The notes under the pieces are model-generated. The model did not search any database and was not told where the DNA came from. It saw nothing but the letters and a program-made list of their open reading frames with translations. From Reclinomonas americana ATCC 50394 (Eukaryota), in the NCBI GenBank assembly GCA_048213135.1, contig PS015026.1:75275-139274 (forward strand): a stretch of DNA of 64,000 nucleotides, given 5' to 3'. Positions 44,101-55,616 of the stretch are shown in pieces (the stretch's first letter is position 1; every line of letters begins with the position of its first letter). A program made the translations under genes and the position numbers.

Positions 44101-46968
44101 CGTTCCATCAGCTGTTGCATGCACATCTGCCCGCGTGCATCCACTGGCGCAAAGTACCGTCGATACTGCGCCGCATCACCCAGTGCCGTCAGTGCGTAAT
44201 CGCCTCGACAGGTGATGATCACCTTTACATCGCGACACACATCCAGCTGATTCTTGACAAACAGATTCACACCACGATACAACTCATCATACCCGTCAAG
44301 CAACAACAGCAGTGGTTCCTCCTTCAACCGTCTCACATCCGACTCCAATCCGAATTCGGGTGACAGTCGCTCCAGTGCCTCCTCCAACAATCGTTCATCG
44401 GCATTGCGCATAGCACCGAGAGGCACACACACAGGCACTCGTCTCCGACTCTCACCCGGCTGCTGCCACTGTTGCCATGCCCGCTCAGCCAACACTGACA
44501 TGGTGGTGGTCTTGCCGGCGCCACTGTTGCCAAACAGCACAAGCACACAATGGGTGGTGTTGGCGTCAGAGAGGAAAGCATCCACCTCCGTCATCAGATC
44601 CGTCAACTCGCGCGACTCGCGCTCGTGTGAACACAGAAGTGGCACATACATCTGCATGTCCTTGCGCACACTCTCGTCGCGCTGGTAGAACGACAGCTCA
44701 CGTGCAGCCAGTCGATGCAGTCGCTCCTCCAACGTGTCGATGATGAATCGATCGTGACCTGCCTCACGGATGCGGTCAGAGAATCGAGAGCACTCGTCAG
44801 CCGTCAACTGCAGTCGAGAAAGGACGGAGAGGAAGACACCACCGTCACCGAGGTACCGCTGCACCGTAAAATCTGTCCACGCCACCGAGCCGTGTACCAA
44901 CTCGTTTCTCACGTCACGTATCTGGTTCACCGCCTTGCGTTCTTCACCATCGTCAATCAGCAGCACCTTGCGACCGTCATCTTGAACAAAGCCGCCGAAT
45001 ACCAACATGGTGGTGAGCGCCGTGATGTCGAGGCCGTCACACGGAGGGTCGGATGACGGATCGGCATCGAACGATGACTTCCAGTCGAGCACACGTTGGT
45101 ATGATTCCTTGCACAGGCTGACGAAGCCTCTGTTACCGTCGGCAACTGGATTGTGCCTCTGACGCCATACCTTCACGGCTGTGTCATCCAAGCCTGGAGG
45201 CACAAAAGTTGGAACCCAAGCCCGCACATCAAAGTCACAATGGGCTCGGCTGAGCTCGGAGAGTGCACGTTGACAGCGCAGCCGCACAGCCTCCTCCACC
45301 ACCTCCTTGGCCACATTGACGCGATGAAAACTAACTATCCTGTTGGTGGACATTGTCAGCACCACAGTCGCCAAACGAGCTGCTGGTGGACACACCTTAC
45401 AGTTCCCCCATCGCCTCCGCTGAAGCCTCGTACTCTACTTGCTACATCAGAGTCGCTTGCGCCCCCNNNNNNNNNNNNNNNNNNNNAGCTGCACTAGCGA
45501 TGCCGTCTCCGATTGCTTTGCTGGAGCCACTCATTCCACCTGCGTCACCAGAGCCGCCGGCTTCCTCCACTCTGGGTGATATGACGATAACATCAGCTGT
45601 CATGAGAATTACATCAGCAAAGCTGTGGGTCTGCGTGCACGCACCTCCTACCGCTTCTCTCAATGAGGACATGAATGTCAATATTTCGACGAATTCCAGC
45701 ATCCCCCAGCGTCTTCCCAACGATCTCGTTGAGTTCGATCCCCTCCGGTTCTTCAATTCGCCTTACTCGCCTCCTGAAGCCCTTGAGCACACCTATCCTT
45801 GCTTCAAGCGCACTGAGCAAGTCGCTCATCATGGTCTTCACAGTCATTCCTTCCATTAAGAACGGGAGTTTCTTCTTCTTGACGATGCCGGTCACGTGCA
45901 CCGTGACATTAAACTGCGCAGTGGACTGGAGATGCGATTTCAGTGAGCTCAGCAAAGCACAGTCCCAGCAGAGGACTGAGTGTCACCTCTTCCGAGTGAT
46001 CGTCACCGCCGACATCTCCACTGTGGTCGTCGCGCATTGTTTAGCTCATCATAGCCACATTACAGAATCATGTGAACATCAAACTCNNNNNNNNNNNNNN
46101 NNNNNNNNNNNNNNNNNNNNNNNNNNNNNNNNNNNNNNNNNNNNNNNNNNNNNNNNNNNNNNNNNNNNNNNNNNNNNNNNNNNNNNNNNNNNNNNNNNNN
46201 NNNNNNNNNNNNNNNNNNNNNNNNNNNNNNNNNNNNNNNNNNNNNNNNNNNNNNNNNNNNNNNNNNNNNNNNNNNNNNNNNNNNNNNNNNNNNNNNNNNN
46301 NNNNNNNNNNNNNNNNNNNNNNNNNNNNNNNNNNNNNNNNNNNNNNNNNNNNNNNNNNNNNNNNNNNNNNNNNNNNNNNNNNNNNNNNNNNNNNNNNNNN
46401 NNNNNNNNNNNNNNNNNNNNNNNNNNNNNNNNNNNNNNNNNNNNNNNNNNNNNNNNNNNNNNNNNNNNNNNNNNNNNNNNNNNNNNNNNNNNNNNNNNNN
46501 NNNNNNNNNNNNNNNNNNGCCCCAAGTTCGACCCGCCAGTGCCCACTGGCGTGTTCGGAGTGACAGCCGAATCCGCCAATCTGCACCTGACAACAAGCGG
46601 CGTGTTGCGGGAGATGCCAAGTCCCCGCAGCGGCGCTGCACTCATGAGCTCCATGTCGAAGGGCAGCGGCTTCTCCATCCCCACAATCTCCATCTCTCCA
46701 TCTCCACTCTTCTCACGCAGCAAGCGTGTGGCCTCACTCAGCAAGTCGAAGAGAGTGGACATGGCCGACATGCCCTCCACCACCACTGACAGCGATGAAT
46801 CATGCGCCGCATTCAAGTGCACAGAAAACTGTCATACGGCAAGCAGACACACATGCACAACGGTGAATGACAAGCGGCACGGGGCAGAGGAGAGAGAGAG
46901 GGAGCGTCACAACACAAGGTTTTCCCCGCGAGTATTTGCACTACGTCCCCACTCTTACTCACCGACAT
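41145..46968 (-). CDS. NLR-like STAND protein: Ubl-Ubl-HEPN-NACHT-pentapeptide repeats-14xWD40
   Basis: 4.2-kb exon 45339-41145 with LDITAL...IRDVRNELVHG (HEPN Rx4H), GNSGAGKT (Walker A), LLLLLDGYDE (Walker B), IITCR, NPFLL, FVHLSLLEH, AAANAATVL, ADLRDA/ADLRE/ADFRGA and GHT...VW repeats. The 5' exons (ATG 46968, intron 46962-46829, intron 45395-45340) are inferred across two gaps. Confidence 0.9.
41290..43052 (-). repeat. Tandem array of 14 WD40 units of 126 bp with very high internal identity
   Basis: The unit GHTxxVxAVAVTPDGQHIVSGSxDKTVRVWSVASGEEVRRLE was counted 14 times; the first unit is the most divergent. Confidence 0.97.
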
Positions 46969-47666
46969 TCTCGCAGCAGTTCCTTCTTTTTTTCTTCAGC
47001 GGTTGACAGCTTGTTGCTCACGCGTCTCTCTTGCACACACACAGCTCTCCCCCGCGTCGTCAATCTGTTAAGTTGATTTCGCGATCGCGAATTCAAATTG
47101 ATCAAAATATTCTCCCCAGATTTAATTTTTCAATGAGGCCAAGCAGTCTGACAGACAAACTTCATGGCGGCTCGTTCATTCGCGTCCCCACTTCTCCCAC
47201 AGCACGATGGTCCTCACTAGCAAGTGTTCCAGTGCTTTGGGATCCAATGCTGCACGCGGAGCGGCGCGCGCACGTCTTTTTCGTCGTGTGTCACTGAGGG
47301 GCGCCGAGAAGCGCGCTTTTACTTCGGAATGCGTGCTGAGTCGCGCTCATACTGCACCCGAGTGGCGAAGGCAACAGGGATTGCTCACAGACGCTTCCCG
47401 TCTCGAACATGCGGTCATCCACTGGCGAAAATAATTGAAACTTCACTGATCTACGCAACAATGAGCATCTACCAGTGATCGCCAACAAGTCTCGTGTGCT
47501 TTCCTTCTACAACTAAAACTGTTTAAAATGTGGTGTCGATGTTGAGAATAAAGCCCTATTCAGGACACACGGCCTCCAGGCCAGGAAGAAGACTTCGTCA
47601 GCAGCGCGTCCATCGCGATCGCAGTACTACGAAGAAGACAAAAAGAAATTGATCATATCAAGAAGA

Positions 47667-50327
47667 ACAGTGGGGCAAGCATTGGGAAACTGTTACTTCT
47701 CTCACACCACACCCACGTGTATGGCTTGCACTCCGGCCTGAACCTGTGCACCACCCACTCCCTTGCATCGTTGGACAAACATCGAGTAACTTGTACGTAA
47801 GCTTGTCGTGCACGAAGGCGAGAGATGCACTGTCGGACGTTGCGCACGCCGAGACAACGGAGGCCAGTCGACACCAAGGCCAGAGTCGTGCCAATCGAGG
47901 TCACAGGGAGCACCACAAGCTCGACCTTGGCCTGATTGCCGACCTTCTGCTTGATGGACTTGACCAACGACTCGTACTTGGCCTTCTTGCCGTTGACAGC
48001 AGACTTGACCGAGTCTTCGTTGGCGAAGGGGCACGTCAGCTCCACCACCTGGACCAAGCAGATCTCACCAGTCCCCTCTCTGGTATGAGGTCCGGCTTGA
48101 GCCTGGCCAAGTTGGCGTGGTTGGCAATGTCCACCACCACAGGCAGCAAGTCAACGTCGACACGCTCGCGCACCAGCAGGTACACCACACCGTCCGCCTT
48201 GGGGCGCCGCACCAGAGCCGCTTGAAGGACGTCAAGCACGTTGTCGTGGCGCGTCGTCCACAAGCCCTTCAGCTTTTCACAGCCGTTGAGCAAGTGACCG
48301 AGCGACTCCGACTCCTTGCCACAGAGTGGGCACAGCGACGCGGGGCCACCAGGGTTGCCGCTAAAGACCGCCGCCTTGTTGTTGAGCATGACGGAGTTGG
48401 TCCGCATCTTGCACAGGAAGCGCTGCTCCTTCTCGGTGATGGTGTTGCCCTGAGCCACCACGTCTCCTTGCCACAGAGTGGGCACAGCGAGGCAGGGCCA
48501 CCAGGGTTGCCGCTGAAGACCGCCGCCTTGTTGTTGAGCATGACGGAGTTGGTCCGCATCTTGCACAGGAAGCGCTGCTCCTTCTCGGTGATGCTGTTGC
48601 CCTGAGCCACCACGTCATGGGTTCCAGCAGCAGCCTTCTGCAGAGAGTCGACAAAGGCACCACACTTCCGCAAGCGCCTTCCAGCTCACAATGTCACGCT
48701 TGGAGTAGAAGTGTGACATCGCAGGCAAAAAGCGAGAGGCAAAGGGAAACACAACACCACCACCAGCCAGCCGTCCGACCACCAGCGGAGGCTGACCAGC
48801 AGCAGCAGCAGCCGGATGCACCTCCACACTGACACCCAACTTCAGAGCGTGCCCGAGAGCAACACCCATCAGATTGGAGCGAACAGCGCGGCGAGGAGCA
48901 TTCGGATCAGTGGCCACTTGAAACCGAGTACCTGCACCAGGAGCAACCGCAGCAGCACCAGCTGGAGGAGCAACAGGAGACAGCAACACAGAGAAATACC
49001 GCTGAGGTGTGGCAACTGGCAGCTGCTGGCGATTGACGTCTGTGACCTCGTTCGTCTGTGCCGGTACTTGGCCACCAAACCAGCAGTCGGCAACGGCGAG
49101 AGGTCGTCAACTCGACCACCGGCCGCCTTCACCGAGCAGTGGAGCATGTGCTCCGCCACACGGCGAGTCAGCGGTCGGCGGTGTGTCAACAGCTTCACCG
49201 CCGAGTTGATCAACAGAGAGGCCGCTCGCTCCACCACAGAGTACAGGCCGAGACCACCTTTCGACAGCGGAGTGTAGAGGAAGGGTGTGCTGGAGTTCGC
49301 GCGTTGGAGTCGGACTAGGCAATAGCGCCTAAGAGACTGAATAGCCTTCGAGCGCGGCTGGGCTGTTAGCGACCTGCCGAAACAGGTTCGGCACTATGTC
49401 GAGTTGGCCAAGGCAGAGTCGGATACTATCGCGGATCTTGCAGTCGATTGTGGCGAGCACGTCCGGCTGAAGCTCCACCGCCGACATGACAAATGTGGCC
49501 ATGGTGAGGACGAAGCGGCGGACGGCATCCACCTTCTGGAGCGGCAACAACGACGACGACTGCTTGATGACCTCGATCGGAGTGAAGAGCTGCTTCTCCA
49601 GCATCTCCGTCAACTTGCTTCTTCGCCTCACTTGCGCGAGTCGGTGAGTAGAACGGGTAGCCAAGCCAGCGATCGCACTCACTGGCACATGGCATAGATC
49701 GCAACGCAGTGCCAGCCATCAGCAGCTCGGATCGAACTCCTCCGCCACAAAGTTCTGCGCCTGCATTGGACCAGAGCCAGCACCAATGACTTCTGCGGGT
49801 TGTCGGCAATGCCAGACCATTAGTCCAAACGCTTGGACAGATCCAGCACCAGCTGCGGCTCACGATTGGAAGACACCACCACGTGACGATCATCGACAAA
49901 GGCAGACACACACACATACATNNNNNNNNNNNNNNNNNNNNNNNNNNNNNNNNNNNNNNNNNNNNNNNNNNNNNNNNNNNNNNNNNNNNNNNNNNNNNNN
50001 NNNNNNNNNNNNNNNNNNNNNNNNNNNNNNNNNNNNNNNNNNNNNNNNNNNNNNNNNNNNNNNNNNNNNNNNNNNNNNNNNNNNNNNNNNNNNNNNNNNN
50101 NNNNNNNNNNNNNNNNNNNNNNNNNNNNNNNNNNNNNNNNNNNNNNNNNNNNNNNNNNNNNNNNNNNNNNNNNNNNNNNNNNNNNNNNNNNNNNNNNNNN
50201 NNNNNNNNNNNNNNNNNNNNNNNNNNNNNNNNNNNNNNNNNNNNNNNNNNNNNNNNNNNNNNNNNNNNNNNNNNNNNNNNNNNNNNNNNNNNNNNNNNNN
50301 NNNNNNNNNNNNNNNNNNNNNNNNACA

Positions 50328-50413
<86 letters not shown>

Positions 50414-50450
50414 ATGTCGGAATTACAGAAAGAGTAAACAACACGAAGGG
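47667..50450 (-). mobile_element. RLE non-LTR retrotransposon, copy 2 (same family, inverted, more decayed)
   Basis: Collinear nucleotide similarity to 38626-40697, with FADD changed to FVDD, a 152-bp tandem duplication (48312-48616), a roughly 95-bp insertion (49300-49397) and a (GT)n expansion. Confidence 0.95.
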
Positions 50451-50769
50451 TGGAAGGAAAAACGCAAAACGCAGGGAAGAGAGCGACGAGTGGCAAATGC
50501 GGGCGATGAGAGAAGTTGATGTGTGAGTGTGTGAGAGTGTGTGAGAGAGAGAGTGTGTGCGAGAGAGAGAGAGAGTGTGTGTGCGAGAGAGAGAGAGGAG
50601 GGAGAGAAGAATAAGTGAAGATGCAAGCGACACATGCACTCCATCTCTCTCTTCATGGCATTCTCTCTCTCCTTGTGTGTCAGTGTGTGCGTGTGTGCAA
50701 GAGTTCGTGCAAGAGTGTTGATCGGTGTATTTGTGTGTGAGTGAGTGAGCGTGTGTGTGAGTATGTAGG

Positions 50770-51259
50770 TGTGCATGCGCGTGCAGCGCTCTCCAACCGC
50801 CAGTGACTCGGCAGAGGCGTATCAAACGCTCGGCGACGAGATGCAGATGTGGAGAGAGTTCTGCACACACCAACCTCGCCCACAGCCTTGATGATCTGGA
50901 ACTGCTCCGGCCCGTAAAAAAAGCTGCCAGGGGCACAAGTAGTGTGGTCTCGGCGTCTGCACATCGTCGTTGTATGAAAAATATGGATAGGACGTCGACT
51001 TCGACGACGCTCTAAGGGATGCCGCTGTAATCCAGCTCACCGCGGCCATACCCTTCCTTTCTGGGTCGACAGCAGTAACACGCACCTGTTGGGCAAAAGG
51101 ACTGGACCCCGCAGCGATACCCCAAGTCCGTCCCGTCCCATTCATGCTCCAAACCGACAGTCAAGTGAGTTGTCTCGCGCGTTAGCCAAGGCGTCTCTGC
51201 CACGCCTCGCGCACTTAACGGTGTCTTTCGACACCAACCGACAACGCTTTGACGTGGCC
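50770..51259 (-). other. Hairpin-rich non-coding segment followed by a decayed C2H2-like ORF; possible 5' end of an R2-like element
   Basis: GGTGTC-GAAA-GACACC hairpin, GCCACGT/GCGTGGC pairing, GGCTAA motif; downstream YLCPW...GCGRGWCVQNSL, then HLHLV in a shifted frame. Confidence 0.35.
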
Positions 51260-51387
51260 ACACAACACAAACAAACAACAAACAGAAAATATGACTGACA
51301 CAATCATGGTGTGTAGAGCTGATCACTGCGATCCTCGCGCTCCTCTCTCTCTCTCCTCTTCTCTCTCCTTCTCTCTCCTCTCTCTCT

Positions 51388-51423
<36 letters not shown>

Positions 51424-51583
51424 GGCATGGGAGTTGTCATTACATTTCCCGCCCACATTGATTGATCACACGTGCAAACCGACGTGATCATCATCATCTT
51501 CATCATCATCGCCTTTCTCTCTCTGTGGTGTGTGTGTGTGTGTGTCTCTTCGACCCGTCACTGATGCTCATGCTGGCTCCTCT

Positions 51584-54500
51584 ATGCACTATCAGTTGGA
51601 CTCTCTCAAGAAGGACCTCATGCCACTGAGCCCCTCCTCCCCCTCCTCGTCGTCGTCGTCGTCCTCGCCTGCCGACATCATACGCACTGCGGACCACACC
51701 ACGCTCTCCATTGGTGGGCATGATTTGTGCCACACACACAGCACAGCTGCTTCCTCTGTGCATTGACGCTGCTGCTGCTGCTGCTGCGCAGGCAACACGC
51801 GATTCGAACTGCTGTTTCACCAGTTGCTGAGTGTGCCGCCGGCGGCCGCTGGCGAAACTGCCGCGCTGATGACTGCCTTTCTGCGCGGTTTGTGCTTCTA
51901 CGCACCCTGGCTGCATACCGCGGGAGGCTCACTTCTGCTGTCTGCAGAGCACGGAAGTACAGTGATCCAGCTGACTGCAGATGGTGTGGAGGCACTGGTT
52001 CATGCCGTCAGCGTTGCCGTGGAGCAGCACTTTCCACAGGTGGCCGGCGATCGCGCACGTGTGTATATGTCGCAGTGTGTCTCACACACTCTCCGTCGAC
52101 GTTGTGTAGATGAGCTCCGCAGGATGCATGGCCGATGCGCCGCTGTCGCCGCTGGACGGCTCGCCTCTGCTGTCGCTGCTCGATCTGGTGCAGGCCGTGT
52201 GCTACCAGCCGGCCGAGCATGTGCCCAACAGTAACAAACTCGCGTTGAGTCGTGCCGGCTTGGTGCCGTCGTTGCGCTCGGTCCTCATGCAGCTCGGCGC
52301 TTCCGGCACGGTCGAAGAGCGCTGCTCGGTGTACCGGGCACTCACGAGTGCCACCATGTACGATGGTACGTGTGTGCGCTAACGGAGGCCACCCCCACGC
52401 GGTCGTGTTCTCACGATGTTTGCCTTCTTGGACGAGCGCAGAATCGGTCACCGACAACATTGCCGACACGCCGTGCGTGAAGGTATTGCTTCCCTATTAT
52501 GTCGTCTACGATGTATCTCCTGCACCAAGTTGACCATTATCCTCACAAAGCTCGTGTACGACGATGTTGTGGCTTGGTCCGACACGGGCGATGTGGCCTC
52601 GCTGGCCCTGCCCCTCACCTGCCTATTTGTCCAGCTTCGCGGAGGTTGGTGATGTGCCTTTTCATTCTTTCTCGTGTCCCCCTCATTTACTTTGTTGGTG
52701 TTGCCGACAGCCAAGTGCGACCGAGTCGCCGTGGGCGAGTGGGGTGCTGCCGAACTGTGTGCGACACTCCTAACCAAGTTCCACTCGTGTGCGGCCATTG
52801 TGACGCTGGCCGCCGGTGTCATGCAGCGCCTGGTGTTGGACCTGCACAACGTGGCTCTCGTGCAGCACGCCAGCGGTGTGGAGAATCTTCTCAGTGCCTG
52901 GCAGACGCATCGACAGGAGGAGGCCGTGGTGAGGCGTGTAACTGCGGCGCTGACCAACATTTTCTCGAAGACCAGTTGCGCACACAGTATCATGTCGCAC
53001 GCGCACTGCAGTCTCACCATCGATGCAGGATCCGTGGCCGAGCCGACACGCACCGAGCTGTGCAATGTGGTCCTTGGAGTACTGCAGTCGTGCACCGCAC
53101 AGACATCCTCCGACGTTGTCAACAACGTCTGCTCTCTCATTGGCAATCTGTGCATGGACGGTGCGTGCTTGCTGCTGGCCGTGGATGCTGTCACCTTTCG
53201 CATCTCTGATCTGCCTTTTTTTCTTTTTGCAGGTGACGCACTGTCCATCATGGCTGCCACTGGTGTGGTGCAGGCAGTGGTGGAAGCCTGTCGACAGCAC
53301 ATGCACAAGACGAGTGATGTGTTGCGCCTCATCACGACCCTCGGTCACTTGTGCGCCAAAGGTTTCGTCGAGAGCTCCTCTTTTTTTGCACAAAAACTGG
53401 GTGCGATGAGGATGCCGACGCTCATCGCCATCATATTCTCAGAGTCTGTCAAGTTGCTTGCGTACCAGGCCGGCTGCGTGCAGCTCTTGGCCGACCTGTT
53501 GCGTCGTTGCCTGACCGATTGTGACATGTGCCAGCGCGTGGTGTGCGTCCTCGGAAACCTGTCGTATACCAATGGTTCTTGCCATTTGTCATGCCTCTGT
53601 GTGTGTGTNNNNNNNNNNNNNNNNNNNNNNNNNNNNNNNNNNNNNNNNNNNNNNNNNNNNNNNNNNNNNNTTCTTGACAGTGTCTTGCTTATGAGAGAGA
53701 GAGGGAGAGAGAGAGAGATGCAAACGTCAGCACTTGTGTGCTCTTCTGTCTCTCTTTCTCTCTCATTCTCTCTTATTCTCTCTCATTCTCTCTCATTCCC
53801 TCTCCTTCCCTCTCAATCTCGCTGTGTGGGTGTCTCTTGTGACCGTTGACGATGCAGACGAGGTACGACTCGCGATTGTCACCAGCGGCGCCATGGCCCT
53901 CATGGTCGAGGTTCGCGAGCGTACGACGGACTTGTTGAGTGGAAGATTATTGTGCTAAATACACTTGTGTGTCTTTGGCAGAGTGCCCGCCTGCATGTCG
54001 ACGACGAGGTGCTGGCGAGCAATACCCTTCGCGCACTCGGCAATCTGGCTCTCGTGGGTCTGTCTCCCTGCCCGCTATCTCCCTCGAGTGCGTGAGCACC
54101 CAACTGACAACGTGTGTGGTGCGCAGAATCACTGGTTCGCGTTTTTGTAGCCCTCGGTGTCGTCACGCTTTGCTGCGATCTGCAAGAGCGACACGGAAGC
54201 AGCGCACGAGTGTGCGAGTTTTTCGCCCTCATCTGTTGCGTGCTTCGCTGACACGTTGCTACGTGACTTGCCCGCCTGTTTCACCCACTGCATGGTTGGT
54301 TGCTCGCAGGCACCAATCTGTTTTACACTGGTGTGTTGACCGCCGTTGGCGCGACCGTGGTGACGCAGCGACTGACCACCATGTGCAGGTCACTACAGTC
54401 GAGAGCTGTGCGGAGCACTGGTGGGTCGTCTGTCGTCGGCTCTGGCTCGTCACGAAAATGAGCGATCCATGGTCACCCGCACGCTGATGAGTCTGGCCAA

Positions 54501-55569
54501 TGTCTGCAACGGAGGGTGCGTCGATGATGACTTCTAAGGCGATCCCGCTAAATGCTCATCTCTTTAATCGCAGCGACGGAGTACGCCTGCAAGTGGAGCA
54601 AACTGGTGTCTTTGCGTGCATGCAACGACTGGTGGAGTTGCACGCTGTCAGTCATCAGTGCACACGACAGGCGGTGCGTGATGAAGTGCAGTTGTTGAAA
54701 TGCGTTCGCCCTCACTCCACGAAATATACAACAACGCAGGTCCGCTTCGTGCATGCGTGGGCCAATGATGGTAAGTGACGCACAGTACTGTTAGTCGGCA
54801 GAGATATACTCACTGAGGTTCACGCAGCTGCCCGTCGCACTGTCATTGTTCAACGCGGCATCATTCCTCCGCTGCTCAGCGCCATTCAGCAACACGCCGA
54901 TGAACCGGCTCTGCTGAAGGCCGCACTCACGTTTTTGGTGGCCTTTGCGGACAATGGTTGCGATGGTGGTTGTTGCGAATCAATCAATGTCTGTGTTTCT
55001 CATCACGAGTTCCACCAGAGAGTCGCGCCGCGCTGCTGGACGAGCACGGCGCTGTGGATATGTGCCTGTCCGTGGTCGAGGACACAACAAGAGCCGCTGG
55101 TGCATCCGGCCTCACCGTTGCGCCTGCGCTCTTCATGCACACTTTATATGCACAGTTGTCTGAGTTGGCTTCGCAGGCCGAGCAATTGTCGACCCTGGAA
55201 AACCGACTGTCGATGGCCGTTAAGTTCCTGCACACGTCGGCCTGCGTCTCTGGTGCGGTCCCCTCTGTCTCACAGTCCTTGTGCCCTACACTCGCCTCAC
55301 AATACCGGCAGGTGCCGCCAAATGCCGCATGGTCGACGCGAATGCCGGCGACGTTCTGCACGTGGCCGCCGAGACATGCACTCGCCCGTGGCCGCACATC
55401 GCACAGCAGGCTCACCAACTCGCCGACCTCCTTCACAGGCACCATCACCAGCAGTGAAAACGATGAAAAGCAGAGTGTCATTCAGGTGTCCTGCATGTTT
55501 CTTGCAAGTTTCACAAACAATGGATCGGTGGCGCAAGTCGGCGTGTCTCGAAGGCCTTCGGTGTGTGTC

Positions 55570-55616
<47 letters not shown>

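Noticed and set aside
47655-47672. CTGTTCTT at the 3' junction of retro copy 2 resembling the U2 snRNA (Utopia) target
   Set aside because: Only 8 nt match, the downstream sequence is not U2, and copy 1 lacks it.
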